This document shows, piece by piece, positions 24,970 through 38,964 of a DNA stretch of 64,000 bases. This stretch comes from Paraspadella gotoi. Lineage: Eukaryota > Animalia > Chaetognatha. The notes beneath the pieces are model-generated. The model worked only from the letters and a program-made list of their open reading frames with translations, had not been told where the DNA came from and did no database searches. A program made the translations under genes and the position numbers. Positions within the stretch are counted from its first letter, which is position 1. Each line of letters opens with the position of its first letter. Location of the stretch: contig CM119267.1 of assembly GCA_051294375.1 (NCBI GenBank), forward strand, positions 10,101,458-10,165,457, in the 5' to 3' direction.

Positions 24970-25110
24970 GCTCTCTGATTGGTCAAGAGCCAGATGGAAT
25001 CGACCAATAGGCGGATGGGCTTCCTTCCGCCCGTAAATTCTACCCCCGTCTCTGATCCACAAAGCGCTCCGGCTTCCGGAACAGTCTCTCCACGCCTTTT
25101 AAATAAATAA
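24970..25110. promoter_or_regulatory. Promoter-like motif cluster
   Basis: Opposed CCAAT boxes (CTGATTGGTC 24975-84, GACCAATAG 25002-10), GGCGG/CCGCCC boxes, CTTCCGG Ets-like motif and TTTAAATAAA. No transcript evidence. Confidence 0.3.
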
Positions 25111-25237
25111 TAAGAAAAGTAAATTATATTCCGTTTAGAGTCTTTTGTCTCTCCTTTTTTTTTCCTTTCTTCTTAGGCTCATTATTTTTCGGGCAGACTT
25201 CAACCCAAGATAATCAACTAAGCTCTCTCTTTCTCTT

Positions 25238-25273
<36 letters not shown>

Positions 25274-25290
25274 TCTCTCTTCCTCTCTCT

Positions 25291-25341
<51 letters not shown>

Positions 25342-25463
25342 CTTCTCTTCTTCTCTCTTTTCACTAATTCCTCCAACCCACCTATTTTGCTTCCTCCTCC
25401 CCTCCCTAATACACCCTCGCCATCTCCGCCATCTTCCGCTCCAGAGAATCACCATCTGCTCCA

Positions 25464-25534
25464 TCGGTCGGCCTCGCTTGCCTAAACGATGACTTCCGCC
25501 CTAAAGGTCGCGGGTTCGATCCTCGTTCCGTCGA
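25464..25534 (+). pseudogene. tRNA-like remnant or tRNA-derived SINE head
   Basis: AAGGTC-GCGGG-TTCGATC-CTCGT forms a T-arm with B-box GGTTCGATCC (25513-25522). A rough acceptor stem spans ~70 nt; D and anticodon arms are not recoverable. Confidence 0.4.
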
Positions 25535-25852
25535 TATCGTTTGCTTCGCCCGATGCGGACGGAAAATTAATCCGGAGCTATTGTCGTGACAAGTATAAAA
25601 GAAGACGAATGTTTAAAAAAAAAGGCTTGTAATGTATTGTATTGTATATTTATTGAAATTGTTACGGAACCGAAGCCTTTTTCACTAACATCTCTCTTAT
25701 TCGCCCTTACCCTTACCCTTATACTTACCCTGTTACCCTTCCTTCCACCACCTGGCGTTCACGCGTAAGACCGGCGAAGAATTTCTCTCTTCTCACGAAA
25801 ACAATTTTTCTCTCTCTTTTCTTCCCTTTTTCTGTCACTTTCTTTCTCTCCC

Positions 25853-25898
<46 letters not shown>

Positions 25899-27621
25899 CT
25901 TTTTTCTTTTCTTTTAATTCCTCTTGGATCTCCGTCGTTTCAGGTACTAAGTCGTTTGCTTCCCCCCCCCTCTGACTCTCTCCCTCTTCTTCTCTCTCTC
26001 TTCTCTCTCTCTCTCTCTCGTCGCATTCGTTGGAAAAGAAAAAAAATAGTCTCGTTATCCTCTCAACGACTTACCAAGAAGGTAAGGAAGCGTTTTCGTA
26101 CCGCCGAGAATTTAAAAAGCGGAGTTAGTTATTTTTAAGGAAAAATACTTTTAAATGTGTTTTAGTACTGCTATAATTTTTATCCATTTCCCCCCTCGAC
26201 GTTTTTTTTTCGTAATTTTCTTCGGCATCGCTCAACTTCCCTCCCTTTTATTTGTGATCCCTTTTCATTTGTGATACCGACGATCAATCGAGTCAATGAC
26301 TTAACAACGAAGTTAATGTCTCCTTTGCCCGCTGAGTTCCCTTTAATTAAACTTACTTTTTCACTCACCCTCCGAAAAAACTCCCCTAACGAACTGCCTT
26401 CTTCAGAATTGACCGAACTTCTTGCCTCATTTAACTTTTCTCCTCATCAGACTGTAGCGACTGTGAAATTCAGATTTGTGAAGAAAAAAAAAAATTCAGT
26501 TGCACTTTCTTTTCTTGATTCGAAACAGATTTCCCGCTAATGGAATAATTTACTGGAGATGGATGGAATGAAGAAACATATTTTATTATTCAAGGGCGTT
26601 GGGTGAAATTTTTTTTTTTCGAGTCGTCGGGTGTCGGTCTGTTGGTTTGTCGGCTAGTGTCTCTTCCGCCATGCTATATAAAATAGAGACTGAGATAAAG
26701 ATAATATAAAAAAACTAGTAATATCAAAGAACGTATATTTTCTTCTTTTTTTTTAACCCATCAATTTTCCTGTAGCTTAACTTTGAATATTTTTTTCAGA
26801 ATATTTCTCTCTGGGTTATCACGTTTTTTTTTCTCCTGTAATTTCAAAACTCCCAAAAAAAAAATTAAGGAAGAAGAGAAAAGAGGCTTGAGCCTTAACC
26901 AGGAAAAAGGGAGACGAAAGGGCGGGAAAATGGGAGTTCAAGGTTTTCAACATTTATTTGTTTGTTTGTCCCTCGTCGCTCATTTCGCTCAGATTTTTAT
27001 CTTTATGGGTCTTTTGTTTTCCCGGATTCTCTTTTGATCCCGCTTTTCGGTCTCCTCTCTTTTTCTTTCATATTTTTTTTTGGGGGGAGGGGGTTTGTTT
27101 ATGTTTGTTTTTCCCCGAAATTGATGAGCACGGAAGTTTTGTTTTGTTTGTTCTCGAATCATGATCGTAACGGTCTTGTCCGTTTACCTTTCGACGCGAT
27201 AACTGATGATTTGTTTTTAGGGTCATTATTGTTTCTGCTTCTGTTCGACTCGTGAACTACGCAAATCTCCGGTTTTTTTTTCTTAACTACCGTTTATCTT
27301 ACTCTGTTATTCTCAAAGAAATATTTTCACACCTTCTACGTATATCCTCCTCCTTTATACAATATTTGTTTTATTCTTTTCAACGTCTCAACAGCAGACG
27401 AAAAAAGAGAGAAAAAAAATAAACAAACAGAAAATAAACTCCTCCTATTTTTTACGCGTTTTCGCTTCGCTCTGCTTTTCAAGAAAAAAGGTCTTTTGAC
27501 GAGATTTAACCGAGATTTTATTTTGAAACCTTTCTCACTTCTTTCCAGTTCTCTGAGAGAGATGACGAGAAAAAGATTGGAAAGAAAGAAAGTAAATATG
27601 TAGAGGATTGATGTAGGCGAC

Positions 27622-27672
<51 letters not shown>

Positions 27673-29154
27673 CAATCTAGGACAGAGCCAAATAGAAAGG
27701 GGAGGAAAAAGTGCGTATTTACCAAGTTTTTATGAGAAAAGAGAATCAATTAAAACCCCGTGTAGACCTTAGTTCCTATATAATTTCAAATTTTCTTTGG
27801 GAGGGATGTCCTTCCTTCAAAGGGTATTTTGGCGGGAAAATGAAAAGGCTCGACCAAGAGGAGACAGTTGGGTTCAATTTAAAGGATGGCAGGTGTGAAG
27901 GAGTGGTCGACGTTGACTGCATAAGTGCAATATATCATTGTAATAAAAACTAGATTTGAAAATTAATTTTTACAAAGAGATTTGGAAAGAGATAATCGTA
28001 TAAAGAAATCGAGATTGAAGAGTGACCTCGAGGATTTTGGAGTTTGGATGCATAGAAAAGCGAAGCTCCGAACATGAATACAAAAGATAATAATGAATCG
28101 GGATTGAATTCGAAGCTACCGTCTCGAAGAAAAGAGAAGTGGAGACTCGAAGAATCGACGAAGAGGAAAGATATAAGTGGAGAGAGAAGGGAAGAGAGAA
28201 AGGCGAAGAGAGAGGGGAAGGGCGACCCGAAGGGTCTCAGAGTCTCAAAGAGGCGTTGGAGCGAGAATCGAGAAAATCCGCCGCCTGGGGGAGAATCGAT
28301 TCCTTTTCGTGGAGAATAATAACAACAACGACGACTGCTTCTATCCCTATTGCGTGGAATCGAAAGAAATGGGCAAAAAATATGGCGAGGATAATTCCTT
28401 ACGATATCTGAATGACGCCATGCGACGAATTTTGATTGATTGATTTATTATGCTCAAAATGTGAAAATTTAACACAGTAACAATGCAATAGTTAATGAGC
28501 TGACGAAGAAGGAGGTTCCGAGTATCTTGTTTATGACTTCGTCGACCATGAAGTCTTTTAAACGCCAAACGTGACGCGTTAAATCTGGTGGAATCCCCGG
28601 AAGACTTTCGCTATTTAGCTCCCCCCTCCCTCTCCCTCGCCCCCTTCCCCCCCCCAGCCTTCATTTCGCCGTCGAGGTCGACGACGACTTCGACTCCAGG
28701 CGTCGTCTTCATAGTCGTCGTCGCCGTCGCCGTCGCCGGGCAACAGGAGCGTCATTTTCGAAAGTTTTCCATCGAGGAGAATAAAAAAAGCGGTTCTCGC
28801 CTCTCGAGAGTCGAAGCTGAGAAGAATTTTTAATCCTTGAGATTGTCGGTGACGAAGAGTTGCGGTCGCAGCTCGGCATCTGTCTAACTATGGTTTTTAT
28901 GTTTTATTCTGTTTATATCAATCAGATTTTTAAAAAAATGATTTTAATTAAAATATATAACAATATAAAATATTATTAAGCAGAATATGTAAAATATGTT
29001 AAGAAAGTTTAAAATGATAAATTTCGAATAAAATTATTGATAAAAAATCTAAACTTTTTTATAGAAAATATATATACTTAATTAAATCGGTGCAGTTTTA
29101 AAGAAAATTAAATAACGAGAGTTAAAGTTTATCAAAACAATATTAAAATATCGA

Positions 29155-29255
<101 letters not shown>

Positions 29256-29428
29256 TTATACTTTAAAAAAAAATTATAATAAAAACTTTATAATAAAATC
29301 TTTACATAACGGTGGGACGCATCTCCGACGAAATTTCTATCGCGTTTCTCGCCTTCGAAATCTCGATCGCTTCGTCCACTTGAGAATCGAAATCGAAGGC
29401 GAAACGAATTCGAGATTTCGAGATTCGA

Positions 29429-29491
<63 letters not shown>

Positions 29492-31278
29492 CCACGCAGA
29501 TGCGCCACTCCAAATCGGGCAGAGAGAAAGAAAGAGAAAGAGAGAGATTGAAGTAGTTTCTCACAGCTGCGCGCAATCTCCGGGCGTGATATTCTGTTCT
29601 TTTCTCGGTGAGCGACACCTTATTTATTTATTTGTTTCCAAAATGGAATATAGAACGATTTTTGTATCTTTTTTTTTCTCTCGCAAAAATAAATCTTCTC
29701 TCTATACGATCCTCGTCTCTTGAGAAAGAGAGAGAGAAGGGTTGAGACTGTGGGTGACGAGTTTTCCTCTTTTTATCTCTCTCATTTTGAGTCCAGCTGG
29801 TCTCCGGCTTTTTCCAAAACTCTTCTTAAAAGTCAAACAGGAATTTAACAGGCTGGAGAGTGAGATGTATCGATTAATACTTGATTTATTGACGTATTGA
29901 TACTACAGTCACGAAATGATTGATTCATTGGCTGAAAATGGAGAAGCGAGTATTCGCTGTAGAAGTTGACAAATACGTATAAAAACTTTGGATGATCCAC
30001 ACTACACCTATATATTTGTAATTTTCATTTATGACGAATCTATTTAACTTAATTGTTTACACTCTTTTCTCACTTTTTTTTCTTTTTCTACGCAACAAAA
30101 CAAAAATGTTGTCTCTTCGTTCAAAAAGATTCCACCCGAAGGATTCGAATTTGTTAAGCGGATTTTCGTAAGACACTTCCTTCTTTCTTCGAGCTGCTTC
30201 TATTTTCTCTCTCCCTCCCCCTCTCCCTCCCCTGCACTCAACTCTTATTTATTTCACTTCCTCGCTTTCTCCCTCTCCGCAGGTCCCCCTTTTCTCTTTA
30301 TAATCTCTTAAGCCCCGCACCCACCTGAAAAACGCAGGTGTCAGGGCTCGAAGACCCCGCATATATTCTCTCTTTATCTATCTTTCTCTCTCTTCTCTCT
30401 CTCGTTCCTCTTCTCTCTCGTCTCTCTCGTCTCCTCTCTCTACATCTCTCTCTCTCTCTCTCTCTTTCTCTCCTCTACCTCTCTCTCTCCTCTCTTTTCG
30501 TTCCTCTTTCACGGAAAAAAATTTACAAAAGGGTTTAATTTGTAATTGTCGAGTAAATTAAAAGAAAGTTTTTCATCTGCTCCGATATGATTTTTTCTTT
30601 CTCGAAATTTGCGAGTGACTAAGAAGCGACACCCCGTCGTCGCTCCTTCCGATTCCGTCTTATCAGTTCCTCGAACACTCTTCTACCACACTATCCACCC
30701 ATCCACTCAGCCCCCCAAACCCCCAAACCATCTCCCACTCTCCATCCGCTAATCTACACGACAATCGCCACGCAGAAAGGGCGCGGCCCTCCTAAGAATC
30801 CGGGAGCTTTAATTCTCATTAGCGTCGAACGGGTTTAGGGTCTTAATGCGAACGGATTTAACGAAGTTCGCTTGGAACGAAAACGGACTTGGGACGACAT
30901 TCGCTTTTTATTATAACGCTTCTAAAATTGAGAGATTTAGTGTTATATACCTACAAAACCATTTTCTTATGCTTTGTTTTCGAAAATACTACTCCCTTTT
31001 TACAAACTAAAAAAAAAAATAGAAACCAGAAAACTAATCTAAATTTTCCTTTGAAACAAAAGGCCAAGTCGACGTCTGAATCGGAAGAAATTTAAAAAGA
31101 GGCGCCAAATTGATAATCGAAACTTAGTCGTTCTTTGAATCCAATCTTCTTTTTTCTTAAATCAAAAAACTGAAAACAAAAAAATAGAAAGGAAATTTCT
31201 TTTTTGTTCTTCAGTCTTCCCTCTAAGATCAAGGTTCGATTGTTCATGTTTTTGTAAGAGAACTATTTACTTTACAGA

Positions 31279-31363
<85 letters not shown>

Positions 31364-31446
31364 AGAGAAACGGAACCCGGTCTGAGAAGGCATGACAACC
31401 TGACAGCGAGTCGTCCGACGGGCCCGCAGTTATAAAAACAAAAGAA

Positions 31447-31518
<72 letters not shown>

Positions 31519-32394
31519 AGAGAAGAGGAGAGAGAGAGAGAGAGAGGACAAACAGACAGACAAGACAGACAGACAGAACAGACAGACAGAGACAGACAGA
31601 CAGACAGACAGAAAAAGAGAAGCGAAGAAGGAAAATGAAAAATTATTGAGTTTTTCGCCAACAGAAAACGAATGGCAGGAAGAAAAGACGAAATAAGGTC
31701 ATGATCAGTAAAAAAAATTCGCCCTTTATATTCATTAAGTCGAATATACTTTATATAAAGGGATTAAAAAAATTGATCCCTCGCGCAAAGAGGGTGAGCG
31801 CCGATTTGAAGGAAACTCTCACCTGCCTTTTAAATCGCGCGGAGGAGCGAACGAACGCGCGGGCGAATTCAAGGACAAATGTAAATTTTGAGAAAATGAA
31901 TTGAGAGAGTGAAAAAAAAACAACTTGTGAGAGGATGCGTGAGCTGGAATAAATGAACATCGACGAACAGGTGAAACAGGTGAAGAAATGAAAATATTGA
32001 AGAGAAATACGTAAGAAAAAAGGAGAAAGTAAAATAGGGAGAGCGTATAGAAATTGAAAGAGTCAATGATTGCTTTCGTTAATTGTATTTAAATATCCGA
32101 TTTTGAGTATTTAAGTTTCTCTTTTTTTTATCTTTAAATCTTTTTCGTTTTCTTTTATTTTCTTAATTTTAGTTTCAGTTGACGTAATAATCTTCCTCTC
32201 AACATCGGAGTCACGATCAACTGAGATCAATTTCATCTTTATTAAGTTTTTTTAACCGTTTATTTTTTTAAATATTTCCCTTCGCTTGGACAAAATATAC
32301 AAAAAGGCTGAGGGAAGAAAAGAAATACTATCAAATTTTCTTTTTTCCAAAATCTTTTTGGTCAAATTAACCCAAACGAAATTGCTGCGAACAT

Positions 32395-32845
32395 AAGCGA
32401 TGAATTAGCGACCAACGAGCTACGAACGAGCGATGATTGAGCCATGAATGAACGATGAACGAGCGACGAACGAGCGATGAATGAACGACGAATGAGCTAC
32501 GAATGAGAGATAAATGAGCGACGAACGAGCAAGCGATGAATAAGTAATTAATGAACGATGAACGAGCAATGATTGAGTGATGAATAAACGACGAACGAGC
32601 GATGAACGAGCAAGCGATGACTAAGTAATTAATGAGCGACGAACGAGCGATGAATGAGTGAAGAATGAACGTCGAACAAGCGATGAACGAGCAAGCAATG
32701 AATTATTAATTAATTAAAGACGAACGAGTGATGATTGAGTGAAGAATGAACGCCGAACGAGCGACGAACGAGCAAGCGATAAATTAGTAATTAATGAACG
32801 ACGAACGAGCGATGAGTGAGTGATAAATGAACATCGAACGACTGG
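32395..32845. repeat. Degenerate 11-bp minisatellite with 81-bp higher-order period
   Basis: GAYGAAYGAGC-type units; marker GAACGAGCAAGC recurs at 32523, 32604, 32685 and 32766. Confidence 0.88.
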
Positions 32846-33320
32846 CAAACGAGTCACGCGCGAGCGACGAATAAGCAGAAAACTAAGCTGAATATCTGGA
32901 GGAAAGTAAACAACTAAAAAAAACCGAATTTCGTTCAAACACAAAAAAGTAGAGTGCCGAAATTTAAAATATTCGTCGATATATAAATCAGGGATTGTAA
33001 CATTCATTCATTAATTAATTCATTCATTCTTTCAATCATTCATTCATGCATTCCTTGTTATATTCAATGATTGTTTCATCCATTTATTTGTTTATTTATT
33101 CATTCATTCATCAATTCATTCATCCATTCATACTTTCATTCGTTAATTGATTTTTTCTTTACTCCGCCCCTACCTCTACGATATGATCATCGTTCATTAA
33201 ACAGTTCGTTCGCCAGTGATATTCACTTCCTTTCTTTCTCTCACTCTCTCTCCTTTTTTCCCTCCCACACGGTTCCTTTTCATTGAGTCGCTAATTGATT
33301 CCGTGACTGAGACGACCATC

Positions 33321-33361
<41 letters not shown>
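33321..33361. repeat. (ACG)n microsatellite
   Basis: Perfect run; another at 49530-49562. Confidence 0.95.
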
Positions 33362-33499
33362 AAATGTTTTTTTTTCGATCGCTCATGCATCTGGCTCCCG
33401 ATGCTCTTCCTGTCAACTTTTTCGTGTTTTCTTTTTATCTTTCTTTTTTTTCGGCGGTTTATTTATTCTGCCGTTTTTTTTTTCCTGTTTTGTTTTCCT

Positions 33500-33538
<39 letters not shown>

Positions 33539-34397
33539 CTCTTTCTTTCTTTCTTTCTTTTGTCCACGCACCTGGTCGGCCTGCCCCCGATCCCTCCGGC
33601 CGTCGCCTCCCATTCCGCCCTTATTGACTTCGCCGTCGGCGGCACAATGAATTCGCCCTTTCGTTGACAACCGATCGTCCGCGCGTTTCTCGCCACAGTG
33701 ACCCGACGCGACCGATCCAGATTTTAGAATTTCTCTCAAACTCTGAATCAAACGACATTTGCCTTCAGAGTTTTTTTTTTTTCACAGATACCATTTAACT
33801 CGCTGTCGTGACGGATTGAATTTTGAGAAACTACTAAGTCTCAACTTTGATATTGTTACTGTTTCTTGCGACAACGTAAAAATCTAAAAAGGCACAACTT
33901 TAATTCTGGGCGAGATGATCCCCTCGCGATTCCAGATATTGCGCCCGCGGTCAATCCTCTCATGGTGATCGCGGATTTTGGCCACGGTGCCGGGCGGTTT
34001 TTCAGCTTCCTGTCATTGTGCGTCGTGAATGGAAATTCCCGATCGGCGATCGGCCCACCGATTTGTTCCGGTCATTTGTCTTTCGAGGTTCTCCCCCAAC
34101 GACGGGGGGGGGAGAGGCAAGGATAGGGGGGGAGTGGGGAGCGGAGAGCGAGCGACCAATCCGACCGGGAGAGTGATCGTCTATTCCGGATCGGTCCTGG
34201 TCGCGAGATCAGAGACGAAGCTTATTGTTTCGGGAAATTGCTTATTAGGCTGAAAGATTTCTTTTTAATAAAAACTGGAATCATAACGACTTGTAATAAG
34301 ATCATACTTTTTGTCAATATCAACCCTACAATAATCTGATAGCAATAATTGCCTATTGTTGCTTTAATGAGATTGAAATAATGAAGAAGATGCAGAG

Positions 34398-34446
<49 letters not shown>

Positions 34447-34449
34447 AGA

Positions 34450-34515
<66 letters not shown>

Positions 34516-34852
34516 AAAGAAAGGGAGAGAAATTTGAGAGAGAGAGAGATTTCTATTATCTCAGTTAATAATTAGAAGTTCGATTTTCGCCGACGTCATC
34601 GCCATCTTCTGAGTTGAATCGAATCTAATCTTCATCTACAGGCGCGCCGTTCCTGTCAAAGAAATTTCAATTTCACAAAGGCCCTCGATATAGTTGGAAA
34701 ATTGAATCGTCAAATCTTGCGACTGACGATAATTTCATTTTACGAGAAAAGAGTTAATATATTTATTTTTAAACGTTTAATATCCGCGGAAAATCTTTAC
34801 TGCAGTCTACACCAAGACGTAACTTGACTCTATCCTGACATTCTGTGCACCA

Positions 34853-34893
34853 AATGAATGGATAATTTTTATATTGGTTGTACCAATTTCATA
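34853..34893 (+). repeat. Dispersed repeat family A, end fragment
   Basis: AATGAATGGATAATTTTTATATTGGTTGTACCAATTTCATA, identical to the end of the 14460 copy. Confidence 0.8.
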
Positions 34894-34938
34894 AAATTCA
34901 GATCCTTGTATTTTGATGGTAGTGCGGAGTACAATATA

Positions 34939-37178
34939 CTATATGACACAATGAAAAATGGCGTAACGTTACTGTTCCGTGCATAAAAAAAATTCACTGT
35001 TCAATATTATTATATTTCTTTTTATTTTTTGAAACGTTATAGTTTCATATGTCGATATCCGAAATATCAATGCAAAATCTTTTTTTGTTTTTTAGATATG
35101 ACCGAATATAGGGTGAAAGATGATAAATTTTTTTAAAAAGTTACTTATTCATATTTATTCCTAGAATTGTAATAAAAAGAAATAAAAAAAATAATAGTAC
35201 CAATAGTTAGTGTTATGTCTCAAATAGATGGAAAAAAAAACCTCATTTAAAAATTCGAATGGGAAGTGGGGTAACTAAAGCTTACCAATTGGCATCCTCC
35301 ACGCCGATTGTTCTCTCAAATAATTTTTTTTATTTAATACATTTGAAAAGGAAAAAAAAGAAAATTCAGAATGCAGGTTGTATAAAGGGTACAGATAATC
35401 TGGACTTACTGACATGATAACCATGACCTTTTATATTCTTGTAAAATGGGGCAGTAAAGATATCTAAAAAATATCGATCATTAAGTCAGTCAATGAACCC
35501 TTTCTAATGGGCTATTACGAGAAATATTTTTTCTTAATTAAAATGGATGATAAATAATAGAATTAAATTCCTTGCTATATTAAAAAAAAAAGTATCAATA
35601 CAATTTAACACAATGATGTCTTGCTTTGTCAAATACATTGCCAGCTATATAATTTTTTAAAACTTTATTATGATAAACAAGCAGTGTATCAAGCTTTTAG
35701 TTTGCAGTTAAAGATAATAAAAAAATGCCGAATTTTTTTTCACAGACAAGAAGGTAGATGTCCAGACTGTTTATATCAAGCTGAAAACATTTTTGTATTT
35801 ATCATTTTTGATATTTAAAAAGACATTTTATCAAGCTACAATATAAATTTTTGCTTGTTTTTTTACTTTTACTTAAAAATATAAGCAGTTTTATGGAATA
35901 AAAAAAATTTAATAATAATCAAAATGTAATTCAGTCTTTCCTTTTTCAAATTACAAAAGAAATAAAAAAAATTCATATGCCTTCATTAAAATTTTTAAAG
36001 CAAAAAACTGTTATACTTTTTAACTCTGATTTAAACAAAAGCTGTGTAAAGATTTATGGAATTAATTTAATAAAACTTATTTAGAAAGGTGTCCCATGAT
36101 TAGGGCTTTAATTTGATACACACACCATCTTGCTAGCTCTTTTCTTTCAAAAGTTATTTAAAAAAATAACTTTTTCAAACTACGCAGTACAAATCTTTGT
36201 TAAATAAAAATTTTGGCAAAGCGGGAGTATCTCACTTATTTCTATTGATACAATACTTAAATTTTAAAATAAAACTTGAAGAAAATTTTTTTGTCATTTA
36301 GAGACATATCAGTTTCAGATGTACCCATCGTATAATAATTGATTTATTTATTTCCCCAAGAAAAGCCTAATTAAAAAGCTGAAATTTTTTCAAATTGTTG
36401 GAAAAAAATTTCCTCCGACCTATGCTCATTGAGAATAATGGTTTTGCATAGAAAATCAAAATATCAAAAAAATAAAAAATCAGCCTCTAGAAAAATCGAA
36501 AGGCTAGAGGTTGATTTTTTAGAATTGCAAAGTTTTTTTCCTAACTCGAAATCCATTATTCTCAAGTTTCAAAATATTTTTTTCAAAATCATTCAATCAA
36601 TTTTTTTTATTAATTGAAAATGTTTTTATGATGTTTTTTTTGTTTGAAAGAATTGAAAAAAAGTGAAAAAATATAGTAATTATATAAGGTTTTTGGAAAT
36701 ACCTCTAAAATATTAGATAATTAAACACAAGGGAGTAAGCAGTAAAAACTTCCCATTCATAAAAAAAATAAAAATGAATTTGTCATATTGTTATTTAGAT
36801 TAATTGACTAATTACAAACATATGATTCATATAAATTGAAGAAATGATGGGTAAAAATATTCATCTTGGTTCGGTAACTATTAAGTTATCGTAAAATTTT
36901 GTTTTAATAATATTAATATTTTTTTTGCATTTATAAAAGCAATGGTCTAAAATTTTGTAAGCGTTTTGAGCTATATTGCTTCATCTTTTTACTATTTTTG
37001 ATCTAGTTAGCTTTTTTGTTGATGGTCAACGGTTATGGTCAGACACAGTAATGTCCAGTAGTGTATATCGCACATATTACCAAAAGTAATAATCAATTAA
37101 TTTGGCTCAGAAACAATTTTAAAGGGACAAAATCAGCACGAGACGTAACGCCACGTTATTTTTCATTGTGTCATATAG
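34939..37178. mobile_element. Non-autonomous DNA transposon (2240 bp), TA target-site duplication, Tc1/mariner-like ends
   Basis: 34-bp terminal inverted repeats CTATATGACACAATGAAAAATggcgtaacgttac / CTATATGACACAATGAAAAATaacgtggcgttac (first 21 bp perfect, 4 mismatches in total). TA at 34937-38 and 37179-80. Very AT-rich interior, no long ORF. Confidence 0.8.
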
Positions 37179-37214
37179 TATTTCCCGATCTAATTAAGGG
37201 AGTGGTCTTTTCAT

Positions 37215-37449
37215 ACAATTGAAACATCTTTGAAACATTATACCACTTCATTGATAGGGAAGCCAGGTACTATGGAAGTGAATAAACGAGACTGTGAGAA
37301 TGTCTTGATTGAAAGCTTGCAGGGACCTGCTATGTCATTATCTTGTAAGAGTGATGGAGTCCTTAAACCAAAGTCTGTCCAAAGTCAGGGGCAAGATAGC
37401 TTATTAATTAAATGAATGGATAATTTTTATATTGGTTGTACAAATTTCA
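37215..37449 (+). repeat. Dispersed repeat family A, longest copy
   Basis: Core matches 14460-14597; the left extension (GGGAAGCCA...) is shared with the 51601-51740 copy. Left boundary approximate. Confidence 0.8.
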
Positions 37450-38416
37450 AAAAGTCGAAGCTTCATGTATAAAACAAATAATAATAAATTTTAACTGAAA
37501 ATTTTAATTCAACAAAAACTATTTCAAAAAAGTTTGAACGAGCTGTTCTTTCTGGTACTTTGCTGCGTTTCATGGACAAAATAATAAAGTGAAATTTTTT
37601 ACTCACTTTTCTATATTCAAACATTAAACGGTAATTGTTTGTACTAAAAAAAATTTTCAATTAACTGTTTCATTAATTAATTAGTAAGCATTAAATAATA
37701 AACCGGATATGGGTCCGGTCGTTAACTATATTCTACCGTTTTCCTTCAAATTTTTATCAGCAGTGAATTTTAGTTTAAATTTGATAGTGAAAGTTTATTG
37801 CTTGGGATATTAAATCCAGATACTTTTAGAGTAAGGCATCTCTTTTAAAAAAAACGGAGCCTTGTACTACATAATTTTGCCAGTTTCATTCTTACACCGT
37901 GTAGTCGCAAAGGTTGAGGCCACCCTCGAGGGACCGGGCTCCGGTCGCCCCTCCTTCCCCGCGATCGAAAAGGTGGGATTTGAATTAGGAGCGACGGTGA
38001 ATCGGAGATGTGAAACCGTCAAAGGATTCACGAACGTGAGGCAATGAGAAAAGATCGAAAGTCGGTCGACGGGAAAGCGATAGAGAGCGATCTAAAATAA
38101 AGTCCCTTTTAAATCTATAACTGGAGCTGTAAATGTGTTATTATAAATTCCGGACAATTAATATTAATAGTACTTTATATTTAAATCGACCCATAGGCAA
38201 TACAAAACAACCGAAAGAGATTCAAAGCGATCAAAAGAGAGCGAAAGCGATCGAAGGCGATCGAAAGCGATTGAAACGATTTGAGGAAGATCGATTTGAC
38301 GCATGAAGAGAAACAACGTTTGCCGGGATTTCCCGCCGAGAATTCGCCGCTTTCGATCCCTGATACTTTTTTCCAAAGGAGAGAGGGAGAGAGACGAGAG
38401 AGAGAGAGAGAGAAGA

Positions 38417-38518
<102 letters not shown>

Positions 38519-38933
38519 GAGAAGAGAGAGAGAGAGAGTATGCGTTTTCTCCTGACATTTTTTCGTCTCTACTTCGCTTACTCAACTTTTCCCAAAGAGA
38601 AGGGGTTCGTGGGTTTGTCATGGGATTGCGCGTGATTTAAAAAAAAATGATTTAGTCGAATGAGGGATCAACTCAAATTCCTCGAATATTTCCTTCTTTT
38701 CTCGTTTTCGGTTTCATTTGAACAACGAGTTATCGCTAAGATCAAGCGAGAATCGAACAAATGACGAACGACGTCAACCCGGACGAACGAACGGGAGGCG
38801 TGGCCGTGAGGCCGCCGGTTTGCTTAGGCACAGGGGAAAGGAAATTTCAGCAGCAAACGAATCTTTGTTTTGATCGTTACAAATTTGACTTGATTCTTAT
38901 CATATGAGAGAGAGAGAGAGGGAGAGAGAGAGG

Positions 38934-38964
<31 letters not shown>

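Noticed and set aside
25721-25732. ATACTTACCCTG resembling the U1 snRNA 5' end
   Set aside because: Lies within a CCCTTA-like repeat; downstream sequence does not match U1.
29345-29425. Alternative 10- and 12-bp hairpins
   Set aside because: Built from TCGA-rich words common throughout the window; plausible by chance.
34947-34953. CACAATG as a Transib/RSS-like terminus
   Set aside because: Inverted symmetry extends further outward to a TA dinucleotide; no 5-bp target duplication or nonamer.
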